This document shows positions 1-7,844 of a DNA stretch of 64,000 nucleotides, one piece after another. The DNA comes from an uncultured Pseudomonadales bacterium (GTDB lineage: Bacteria; Patescibacteriota; Microgenomatia; UBA1400; PJMF01), in contig CAZBEW010000002.1 in NCBI GenBank assembly GCA_964491115.1, positions 64,062 to 128,061 on the forward strand, written 5' to 3'. The notes beneath the pieces were generated by a model. The model was not told the DNA's origin, made no database searches, and was given only the letters and a program-made list of their open reading frames with translations. The translations under genes were made by a program, and so were the position numbers. The first letter of the stretch is position 1, and each line of letters starts with the position of its first letter.

Positions 1-1
1 C

Positions 2-766
2 AAAAAAGCAGATGAGGCTCCAGCAAAAGTTTCTCCAGAATCAGTAAGCCAAAGCCAAGCGACAGGAGTTGCCAATTTACCCGAAATCGATCTCCAAGAA
101 ATGTTTGAAGCCGGTTGTCATTTCGGTCACCAAATTGCCAAGTGGCATCCAAAAATGGCTCCCTATATTTATGGCACTGAGGGAGGCTCCCACATTTTTG
201 ATTTAGAAAAAACAGCTGAGCAACTAGATATAGCTTGTCAACGTTTTTATGATTTAGCCAAAGAGGGAAAAACTTTACTCATGATCGGTACCAAGCGTTC
301 AGCTCGGGAAATTGTCAAAGAGGCAGCCACAGAAATGGGTTGTTTTTACATTGTTTCTCGTTGGATGGGTGGTTTATTGACTAATTTCAATCAATTGCAA
401 AAATCTATTTTGCGCATGAGTGATATTGAAACTGGTCTTGAATCTGGAAAATTTGATAAATACACTAAATACGAGCGCCTACAATTAGATAAAGAAAAAA
501 CCCGACTAGAAAGATTTTTTATTGGCTTAAAGGGTTTAAAAGGCAAACCAGATTGTATTTTTGTCATTGATCCAGAACAAGAAAAAATTGTAGTGAAAGA
601 AGCTTCTAGCGAGGGAGTAGAGTTGATTGCTATAGCTGATAGCAATGCTGATCCAAGAAAAATTAATATTATTATTCCCGCCAATGATGATACTAGTAAA
701 AGTGTTCAATACATTGTGCAGCGCTTAAAGAATGCTTACAATGCGGGTAAAGTAGCGAGTAAATAG
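2..766 (+). CDS. rpsB: 30S ribosomal protein S2 (frame open from window start; true start likely upstream of 101)
   Basis: LQEMFEAGCHFGH, RWMGGLLTN, PDCIFVID, IPANDD motifs; no stop in frame from position 2 (KKADEAPAKVSPESVSQ...); precedes tsf. Confidence 0.97.
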   Translation, partial: KKADEAPAKVSPESVSQSQATGVANLPEIDLQEMFEAGCHFGHQIAKWHPKMAPYIYGTEGGSHIFDLEKTAEQLDIACQRFYDLAKEGKTLLMIGTKRSAREIVKEAATEMGCFYIVSRWMGGLLTNFNQLQKSILRMSDIETGLESGKFDKYTKYERLQLDKEKTRLERFFIGLKGLKGKPDCIFVIDPEQEKIVVKEASSEGVELIAIADSNADPRKINIIIPANDDTSKSVQYIVQRLKNAYNAGKVASK

Positions 767-783
767 TCGCTGAAAGGTTAAAA

Positions 784-1248
784 ATGACAATTAGTATGGA
801 ATTAATAAAGCAACTGAGGCAAGAAACTGGCGCCCGAATTATGGACTGTAAAAAGGCTCTAGAAGAGGCTAAAGGCGATTTAAAATTAGCTAAAAAATAT
901 GTCGAAGAAAAAGGTTTGGCTCGAGCAGAGAAGAGTAGTGATCGAGAAACTGCAGTCGGCTATATCGCTAGTTATACTCATACAACTGGCCAAATTGCCA
1001 GTTTAGTGGAATTGTGTTGTGAAACAGATTTTGTCGCAAAAAATGAAGAATTTCAGCAATTAGCCAAGAATCTAGCCATGCAAGTGGTGGCCATGAATCC
1101 TCAAGACAAAGCTGAGTTATTAGCTCAAGATTTTATTCGAGATGGTGGCGAAAATGTTGAGCGAACCATCAAAGCTTTATCTGGAAAAATTGGCGAAAAA
1201 ATCGTTTTAACTCGTTTTACCCGCTTTATGATTGGCGAAAAAGCTTGA
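784..1248 (+). CDS. tsf: Elongation factor Ts (short, 154 aa)
   Basis: IKQLRQETGARIMDCKKAL, ELCCETDFVAKN, KIGEKIVLTRFTRF; follows rpsB. Confidence 0.96.
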   Translation: MTISMELIKQLRQETGARIMDCKKALEEAKGDLKLAKKYVEEKGLARAEKSSDRETAVGYIASYTHTTGQIASLVELCCETDFVAKNEEFQQLAKNLAMQVVAMNPQDKAELLAQDFIRDGGENVERTIKALSGKIGEKIVLTRFTRFMIGEKA

Positions 1249-1280
1249 TAGTTGTTAAACTAAATGAATAGAATCGTCTT

Positions 1281-2255
1281 ATGCGTGATTACTGTCCATC
1301 TCGCCAAGAACAAGCCAAACTTAAAGCTAAAAAAGTCACAGCTAAAAAAATTCGTCGGTCTAGGAACAAGCCAACTAGCTCCTTTAATTGGCAAAAGGTC
1401 TTTTTTTTCGGTTTTTCATTATTTCTACTCGTTTTATTAGTGCTTTTAGTTTTTTATTTGCTCCGCAATCAAGTGATGAAACGTCATCAAATTGAACGTA
1501 ATCAGCATTTGCTAATCATGGAAACAGGGAGAGCGCACGCCTGGGTGGTTTTAGCCCCAGCCGAACAGAAGATTAAAGTTTTTAATTTTAATTTATTGAG
1601 CGCGGCTAACTGGCAAACTGAAGACTCTCAAGAAGAAATCAATGAGCAGGAGAAAACTCTGTATTACAGCCTAATTTTTAATAGCTTTGTTGATCAAATT
1701 ATCGAATATCCGAGCCAGAACTTAAGTGAAGACAAACAAAATGAATTTAAGGCCCATCTAATTGAGGATTTAAAAAAACGTAAAGCCAATAATTTAGCTT
1801 TTTATCTAGAAGTTGATTCGCTGACTTGGGAATGGTCGACTGATGCAGGAGAAAATACTCTAGCTGGCAAACAACAGCAGTTTATTAATTTTCTTAATCG
1901 TAATACTGCAGTTAGCTATGATAAGTTGTTTGAGTGTCCGGTGGCAGTCATCAATAGTAGTGGAGCCACTGGTTTGGCAAGTGCTTTTGCAAAATTATTG
2001 GAAAAAGATGGTTTTTCAGTGGTAAAAAGAGACAGCGGTCAAGACAAATTAGTTTCAAGCTCCTTATTAATTGATCCAGAAAATGCCCACTGTCAACTAA
2101 TGGTGGATCGTTTCCAACAACTACTACCAGGTAAAACTATTACTACTAATCAAGAATTGGCTCAGCAATACCGAGCTGGAGCTGTGGTTTTTTTAGCTGA
2201 AGATTTGGCTCAATTAAGAATCAGGGCTGTCGATTTTTTTCATGAAGACCTCTAA
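1281..2255 (+). CDS. Membrane-anchored protein with LytR C-terminal domain
   Basis: Basic N-terminus, one TM helix, C-terminal VAVINSSGATGLA...LEKDGFSV...AVVFLAED pattern. Confidence 0.7.
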   Translation: MRDYCPSRQEQAKLKAKKVTAKKIRRSRNKPTSSFNWQKVFFFGFSLFLLVLLVLLVFYLLRNQVMKRHQIERNQHLLIMETGRAHAWVVLAPAEQKIKVFNFNLLSAANWQTEDSQEEINEQEKTLYYSLIFNSFVDQIIEYPSQNLSEDKQNEFKAHLIEDLKKRKANNLAFYLEVDSLTWEWSTDAGENTLAGKQQQFINFLNRNTAVSYDKLFECPVAVINSSGATGLASAFAKLLEKDGFSVVKRDSGQDKLVSSSLLIDPENAHCQLMVDRFQQLLPGKTITTNQELAQQYRAGAVVFLAEDLAQLRIRAVDFFHEDL

Positions 2256-2975
2256 GCCTTCGTTTTCGCTATCTTCTTCATCATCATCAGTGCTAATAAT
2301 ACCCAAAGGTATATCTTTTTCTAAAACAATTTCTTCGTCAAGATTAAACTGATTATTAATTTTTTTACTAGGAAATGATTGGAGTTGCTTATTCTTTTTT
2401 GAGCGAAAGGTTTCCTTGAGTTGAATACAACATTGTTTGTCATCTACTCGATAAACAACACAACTGTATTCGTTGCCATCATTAATCAGTCGGCTAAGGC
2501 GGAAAGAAATATCTTCAGGCAGAGCGCCTACATGTTTTTTCTTATCATCAATAATGCTGATGTAGCGGTTCTTGATTTGGAGAAAACACTCTTGACCAAC
2601 TTTGAGATCACACAATTGCCTGCGACAAGTTAAGCGGTGAAGAGAAATTATTTTACTTTTTCCTGGTTCTTCAATGAAATCTGCTTGGTGGTTAAAAATT
2701 ATATCCTTGGTTTCTTCATTATTCTTGAGCTTTTTTAAATGTTTATTGGCAATAATGTTTGAGCGATCAATTTTTAATACATTTTTAAAAACTTTAGTCG
2801 CTTCTTTTTCTTGCTTCAATTTTAGATAGGCAAGACCCAAACGATTCATGGCCTCTAAATTTTTAGGATCTTGTTGGAGAATTTCTTGATTAATTAAGAC
2901 GGCAGTGTTCCAGTCAGAGTCTTTTACCGCTTGGATGGCGTTGGCTCGCAGCTGAGAGCTGTTTGACATTGTCAT
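2214..2975 (-). CDS. TPR protein with HIRAN-like domain and acidic tail
   Basis: TPR helices (EAMNRLGLAYLKL...VLKIDRSN); HVGALPEDISFRLSRLI...YSCVV resembles HIRAN. Confidence 0.65.
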   Translation of the reverse strand: MTMSNSSQLRANAIQAVKDSDWNTAVLINQEILQQDPKNLEAMNRLGLAYLKLKQEKEATKVFKNVLKIDRSNIIANKHLKKLKNNEETKDIIFNHQADFIEEPGKSKIISLHRLTCRRQLCDLKVGQECFLQIKNRYISIIDDKKKHVGALPEDISFRLSRLINDGNEYSCVVYRVDDKQCCIQLKETFRSKKNKQLQSFPSKKINNQFNLDEEIVLEKDIPLGIISTDDDEEDSENEGLEVFMKKIDSPDS

Positions 2976-3064
2976 ATGCTTAATAGACCTTTCTTTGGGG
3001 GATATTACAGTTTGCTAATCGAATTGTCAACTCACAAAATCAAATACTGGGACTAGCGAAGTTT

Positions 3065-3073
3065 TGTTATAAT
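3065..3073 (+). promoter_or_regulatory. Extended -10 promoter (TGtTATAAT) 6 nt before the yebC start
   Basis: TG-t-TATAAT-aggaat-GTG. Confidence 0.65.
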
Positions 3074-3079
3074 AGGAAT

Positions 3080-3637
3080 GTGTCAGGACATAGTAAATGG
3101 AGTAATATCAAGAATCGAAAAAGCGCTCAGGATCAGGTGAGGGGAGTGATTTTTAGTCAATTTTCTCGACAAATTCGGGCCGTGGTCAAGGCCGGTGGTT
3201 CTGGAGACCCCGGTGTCAATGCCAATTTAAGGTTGATTTTGGACAAAGCCCGCTTGGCAAATATGCCAAAAGAAAAAATCCAACGAGCGATTGATGTGGC
3301 TTTAGGAAAATCCGGGGAAAATCAAGTTAAAGAAATAGTCTATGAGGCTTTTGCGCCAGGTGGAGTAGCCTTGATGATTGTGGCTTTGACCAACAACAAC
3401 AATCGAACTGCTAGCGAATTAAGAACTTTATTAAGTAAGCACGCTGGTTCTTTGGCTGGTCCTGGAAGCGCTAGTTACATGTTTGAGCGTGATCAAGAAG
3501 GTGGTTTTAAGGCAAAAATTAAAGTTGATTTAAGCGAGGAACAAGTAGTAAAAGTGCTGGAATTAGTTGATCAATTAAGAGCGAATGAAGATGTTGAAGA
3601 TGTATTTGTTGCAGCCGATTTGCCAAAGGAAGATTAG
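3080..3637 (+). CDS. yebC: YebC/PmpR family protein (shortened)
   Basis: MSGHSKWSNIK, NMPKEKIQRAI, YEAFAPGG, TNNNNRT, EDVEDVF. Confidence 0.93.
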   Translation: MSGHSKWSNIKNRKSAQDQVRGVIFSQFSRQIRAVVKAGGSGDPGVNANLRLILDKARLANMPKEKIQRAIDVALGKSGENQVKEIVYEAFAPGGVALMIVALTNNNNRTASELRTLLSKHAGSLAGPGSASYMFERDQEGGFKAKIKVDLSEEQVVKVLELVDQLRANEDVEDVFVAADLPKED

Positions 3638-3642
3638 GGTCT

Positions 3643-4410
3643 ATGCGTCGTCGTGAAAAATTTATTATTGTCTCAGTCTTGCTAGCCTTGGGTTTGTTGG
3701 CTACTCAGTATGTGCCAATTGATTGGCGCTATGGAGCAATTATTTTATTTGCTGTTATTAGTTATTTTATGTCAGCCTGGGCGCTTAACGAAGATTTGCA
3801 GATTTACGAATGGCTGACGATTTTACCTTTACCCGTTTTATATGCCACTTCTGTTGCGCTTTTTTATTTTTTATTGCCTGAATTATTAATTTCCCGCCTG
3901 GTTATTTTAGCCATTTTTGGCATTGGCATGTACGCTTTGTTCTTAACTGCCAATATTTTTTCGGTGGCGAAGGGTAGAACTATTCAACTCTTATATGCAG
4001 CACAGGCGATCGCTCTCTTTTTCACCATGATTATTTCTTTATTATTAACTAATACGATTTTTTCTTTGCGTCTGCCTTTTTATATTAATGCTTTATTGGT
4101 GGCTGTGACGCACTTTTTCTTGATTTTAATGTCTTTATGGTCGGTTAAATTGGAGCCGCGTGTTGATCGAGAAATTCTACAATACAGTCTACTATTTGTC
4201 TTAATTTTAACCGAATTTACTATCTGCTTTTCTTTTTTACCGATGCAAATTTGGCATATTTCCTTATTTATCATGTCATTGGTTTATGTTGGTCTATCCT
4301 TGTTTCACAACCTCTTGCAGGGTAGACTGTTCAAAAATACTGCCACCGAATATATATTAGTGGCAGTTTTCATTCTTATTACCTTTGTCGTTGCTTTCCC
4401 TGGTAAATAA
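3643..4410 (+). CDS. Multi-pass membrane protein of unknown function
   Basis: About 9 hydrophobic segments; 5 nt after the yebC stop. Confidence 0.8.
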   Translation: MRRREKFIIVSVLLALGLLATQYVPIDWRYGAIILFAVISYFMSAWALNEDLQIYEWLTILPLPVLYATSVALFYFLLPELLISRLVILAIFGIGMYALFLTANIFSVAKGRTIQLLYAAQAIALFFTMIISLLLTNTIFSLRLPFYINALLVAVTHFFLILMSLWSVKLEPRVDREILQYSLLFVLILTEFTICFSFLPMQIWHISLFIMSLVYVGLSLFHNLLQGRLFKNTATEYILVAVFILITFVVAFPGK

Positions 4411-4443
4411 TGATAAAACATTGATGTATCAATGTTTTATCAT
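4410..4443. repeat. Perfect 16-bp inverted repeat with 2-nt centre, containing TTGAT-GT-ATCAA
   Basis: ATGATAAAACATTGAT-GT-ATCAATGTTTTATCAT. Confidence 0.85.
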
Positions 4444-4863
4444 ATAATTGGAGTGGGGAAGAGTGCGCAAAAATCAAGCTTTTTGCTGCTTGAATTAGAG
4501 TGAGCAGAAATATTTAATCCCTCACGGTTTTGACTCATTTAATAAGCTTAAAATAATTTTTTGAGTAAAATTTTTAATAAAAAATACTAATAAATATTGA
4601 CTAGGGTAGTAAGAAAAAAACTAATAGACTCGGCAAAGGGTAGAGGCGTGAAAATTGTGGAAAACTCAATTGTTATAGGACTCTTTAAGCCTGGAGTGAT
4701 ATAGTTTGATACACTTAACAATGATCCACTTAGATATTGTTACAGATAAGGATGCAAAAATAAATATAGCCTGGTAGAGTTAGTAACTGCAGCCGACTTC
4801 CTCTCTGGATCTCCTCAAGTGATTATGCTTTTACCCCCGGGCACGCTCTGGGGAGTAAAAGGC

Positions 4864-4875
4864 TTGATTAATCAA
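4864..4875. promoter_or_regulatory. Palindrome TTGAT-N2-ATCAA, copy 2
   Basis: TTGAT-TA-ATCAA. Confidence 0.6.
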
Positions 4876-5077
4876 TAAAAAACCCGAATATGCTTTTTTA
4901 AAAATGTTTAGGGAGGACCACTTGGGGGCAAATTAGATCGACACGATAAGAGGCGCAAGCGAGTTTGAGAGTGCAGTGTAAAAAGATCAATAAAAACAAC
5001 AATAATATCTAGCTGCTACTCTTGACTGCCCTAGAGCATTGTTTTGGCAGTCTAAGAGCCATCGAGAGATTGGGGTT

Positions 5078-5105
5078 ATGTCGCACAATATAACTTTTGC
5101 GACGT
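5078..5105. other. Putative dif (Xer recombination) site with symmetric arms
   Basis: ATGTCGCACAA-TATAAC-TTTTGCGACGT: 11-6-11 layout, inverted arms, inner CGCA.AA as in the E. coli dif XerC arm; local skew flip; Xer gene at 6235. Confidence 0.72.
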
Positions 5106-5360
5106 AAACCCTAGAATTGCGCAAAAGACTACTTTTAAACATTTAATCTTTTCTTTGAATTTCTCGATTACTTTGTCCTTATTTTTCCTTATTTATCCTA
5201 TCCACTGCTTGCTCTCTGATCATTTTGCCTGGTATGTTAATTATCTAGCCCGGTGCCATTTCCCACTTTTTGCCTCTTGCCTAGCCATTTCTCCAGATCT
5301 GTCCAGGCTAAAATCTCTAAAGAATCTTTAAAGATTTTGCAAGCTAAATTGCATATTAAA

Positions 5361-5372
5361 TTGATATATCAA
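5361..5372. promoter_or_regulatory. Palindrome TTGAT-N2-ATCAA, copy 3
   Basis: aTTGAT-AT-ATCAAt. Confidence 0.6.
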
Positions 5373-5468
5373 TCTAAACACCTCAAGAAGCTCGCTAAAA
5401 GCCTAAAATCGGCTTTTTTTCCTTTAGATGATTAATCCCTCGTTGCAAATCAAGTTATAATAGCTAGT

Positions 5469-6044
5469 ATGTCAAAAAATGCAGTTTTTTTGTTAAAACC
5501 ACAGTTAGCTCATCATCGGGCTTTCATTGATGGTCTTAGCGAATTACAAGCTCACCAACACGAACGATATTATGTAGAAGAAAATCTTGATCTTGCTCAA
5601 TTAAGCAACAAAAAGTTTTTTAAACAACACTTAACTTATTTAGCAGAACAAGAACTCGGCATTAATTTAGCACCTAATCGAGTGCCACAAAGCATTTATT
5701 GGTTAATGGAAGAACAGACCGATGGCCAATTAGTCTGGATAGGTCGAGTTTCCATTCGCCATCGACTCAATGATAAGTTGCGGAAAGTTGGCGGCCATGT
5801 TGGCTACGTCATTAGGCCAAGTGCTCGTCGCCAGGGCTACGGCAGTCGTTTATTAGCTTTAACTTTGGAAAAAATCCGTCAGCATCAACCAAAAATTGAT
5901 ACCAAACAAGTACTACTCACTTGCGATGAGACCAATCTGGGTTCAAAAAAAATTATCGAGAAAAATGGCGGGATTTTTGCTGCTTCTCGAGTGCAAGCTG
6001 ACTCTCCAGTGCGCAAATTACTCTACTGGGTCCCCTATACTTAG
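5469..6044 (+). CDS. GNAT family N-acetyltransferase
   Basis: GHVGYVIRPSARRQGYG acetyl-CoA motif; LLTCDETNLGSKKIIEKNGG. Confidence 0.9.
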   Translation: MSKNAVFLLKPQLAHHRAFIDGLSELQAHQHERYYVEENLDLAQLSNKKFFKQHLTYLAEQELGINLAPNRVPQSIYWLMEEQTDGQLVWIGRVSIRHRLNDKLRKVGGHVGYVIRPSARRQGYGSRLLALTLEKIRQHQPKIDTKQVLLTCDETNLGSKKIIEKNGGIFAASRVQADSPVRKLLYWVPYT

Positions 6045-6046
6045 GG

Positions 6047-6075
6047 AAAAATAGGGGAGTCTCCCCTATTTTTTT
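6047..6075 (+). terminator. Intrinsic terminator, possibly bidirectional
   Basis: AAAAA-TAGGGGA-GTC-TCCCCTA-TTTTTTT just after the GNAT stop. Confidence 0.8.
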
Positions 6076-6234
6076 ACTCTGGTTTTCCTGCCATTATCAC
6101 TTATTTTTCTGCCCAATTTTTCTGAAAAATTTACCCAAAAAATATTTTCCCCTCTCCCCTTTTTTCAAAGCAGATTTGTTTTCAAACCAGATCTACCAGT
6201 AGGCAAAAACTTAAATTTATTGTAAATTGAGCTT

Positions 6235-7227
6235 ATGAATAGTGATCAAGCAGCAGCTGGGCTTAAAAATAAACAAGTGCTTAAAAGTGTTGCTCGCTTG
6301 AGTACTGATCCAGATCAGGCCCTGGTATCTTTCCTCGAGTCACTCGAGGTAGAAAAGAACCTCAGTCGCCTCACAGTTCGCAATTATAGTCATTATCTAA
6401 GGCGCTTTAACGCCTGGTTCAAAGACCAGGGCGCCACTGATTTAGCTCAACTAGATCTCGATTCACTGCGCGCTTATCGAGTTTTTTTAGCCAGATATAT
6501 TGATGAACAAGGCAGGACTTTATCCAAAAGAACTCAAAGTTATCATGTGATTGCCTTGCGATCTTGGTTTAAATATCTAATCAAAAATGACCTCAATGTT
6601 CTTCATCCAGAGAAAATAGATTTGCCCAAAGCTGAATCTATTCCAATGAGCTTCATTGATATTGAAGAAATGGAGCGCTTACTCAGCCAACCAGACTTAA
6701 GTAGTGAAACCGGCTTAAGGGATCGGGCCATTTTGGAAGTTCTCTTCTCTACTGGTTTGCGGGTCAGTGAGCTGGTTAAGCTCAATCGTGATCAAATTAA
6801 TCTCACTCGTAAAGAATTCGGGGTAATTGGTAAGGGCCGTCGACCAAGAGTGGTGTTTTTAAGTGATCGGGCGGCAGATTGGCTTGAGCGTTGGCTGGCG
6901 ACTCGCGAAGATATGTGGCGAGCGGTTTTTATTCGTTTTTCTGGTAAAAAAGTGCATCCTGCTTTTGATGATGAAAGCATGAGGCTGACCAGTCGGAGCG
7001 TGCAACGCTTGGTAGATAAATATGCGCGCCAAGCCCGACTGACTGTCAAATTGTCGCCACATGGTATTCGTCACAGCTTTGCTACTGATCTCTTAATTAA
7101 TGGTGCCAACCTGCGCGATGTGCAAGAAATTTTAGGTCACAAAAATATTGCCACCACACAAATCTATACCCATGTCACTAAATCACAGTTAAAAAAAGTT
7201 TACGACAAGCGCCACTCAAAACTTTAG
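6235..7227 (+). CDS. XerC/XerD-family tyrosine recombinase
   Basis: N-terminal core-binding domain; STGLRVSEL, GKGRR, HGIRHSFAT, LGH, TTQIYTH catalytic set. Confidence 0.93.
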   Translation: MNSDQAAAGLKNKQVLKSVARLSTDPDQALVSFLESLEVEKNLSRLTVRNYSHYLRRFNAWFKDQGATDLAQLDLDSLRAYRVFLARYIDEQGRTLSKRTQSYHVIALRSWFKYLIKNDLNVLHPEKIDLPKAESIPMSFIDIEEMERLLSQPDLSSETGLRDRAILEVLFSTGLRVSELVKLNRDQINLTRKEFGVIGKGRRPRVVFLSDRAADWLERWLATREDMWRAVFIRFSGKKVHPAFDDESMRLTSRSVQRLVDKYARQARLTVKLSPHGIRHSFATDLLINGANLRDVQEILGHKNIATTQIYTHVTKSQLKKVYDKRHSKL

Positions 7228-7328
7228 TTATGCTAGCCGATTTTTATTTACTCGAGTGCAACGTCCTTTTGCCGAAAAAAATTATTTGACGAAAAAATCA
7301 TTAATTCAAAAAAATACTGAAAAATAGA

Positions 7329-7340
7329 TTGATTCATCAA
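7329..7340. promoter_or_regulatory. Palindrome TTGAT-N2-ATCAA, copy 4
   Basis: aTTGAT-TC-ATCAAt. Confidence 0.6.
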
Positions 7341-7425
7341 TAAATAGATTAAAAAGCTGGTTTTAGCAGAGTGCTGTTTTGACTGCTAAGTGCTAATAAT
7401 GATTTGGACTGAAAAAAATCGGAGC

Positions 7426-7465
7426 AGACTTGTTTTTTTTGGCAGTAGACTTGTTTTTTAGGCAG
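7426..7465 (+). repeat. Two near-identical ~20-bp direct repeats
   Basis: AGACTTG-T8-GGCAG and AGACTTG-T6A-GGCAG. Confidence 0.6.
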
Positions 7466-7844
7466 CTGCTGATTTATTTTTTTAATTTTGTGAATAAATT
7501 TTTAGAATTAAGTTTTTTGATTGCCAAAAATAGAGGGCCATGTGTCGCGCTTATCAGCTTTATTTTAAATACATGCTGACATGCGCTTGGTTTGTTGAGT
7601 GGATGGAGACCTTATTTAGTGATTAAAAGCTAGCAAGATATCTTTTGAGAAGCATATCAAAATACAAAAAAAAGTATTGATATATATAAAAAATTATCAA
7701 TTAGTGACAATGAATTTTATTTACTATATAAAAATATTTGTAAATATAAAAAACAAAATCAAAAACCATTTATTTTTAAATAATCTTAGCTTAATTAAAT
7801 ACTGCAAAGCTTTTTTTCAATATGTGCAATACTTATTGTAGTTT

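Noticed and set aside
4421-4432. FNR box reading of TTGAT..ATCAA
   Set aside because: Spacer is 2 nt in every copy, whereas FNR needs 4
4686-4803. Minus-strand GAGGAAGTCGG...CCAGGCTTA resembles RNase P RNA conserved regions
   Set aside because: The P4 helix does not pair properly, the span is too short, and other conserved regions are absent
4924-4942. GGGGGCAAATTAGATCGAC resembles a tmRNA 5' end
   Set aside because: No T-arm or acceptor 3' strand upstream or downstream, and no convincing tag reading frame
5253-5435. 60-aa ORF from the track
   Set aside because: No protein-like features; crosses palindromes in a skewed spacer
4444-6170. KOPS (GGGNAGGG) motifs pointing at dif
   Set aside because: Only loosely similar polar purine tracts; no exact match seen
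6235-7227. Integron integrase or prophage integrase, with nearby hairpins as attC sites
   Set aside because: No IntI-specific insertion, cassette array, phage genes or att duplication; sequence is Xer-like
4656-7844. oriC (DnaA-like boxes at 4656 and 7489, AT-rich tract near 7650-7840)
   Set aside because: Only two isolated degenerate boxes, no dnaA or dnaN, and the skew at 5.1 kb has terminus polarity
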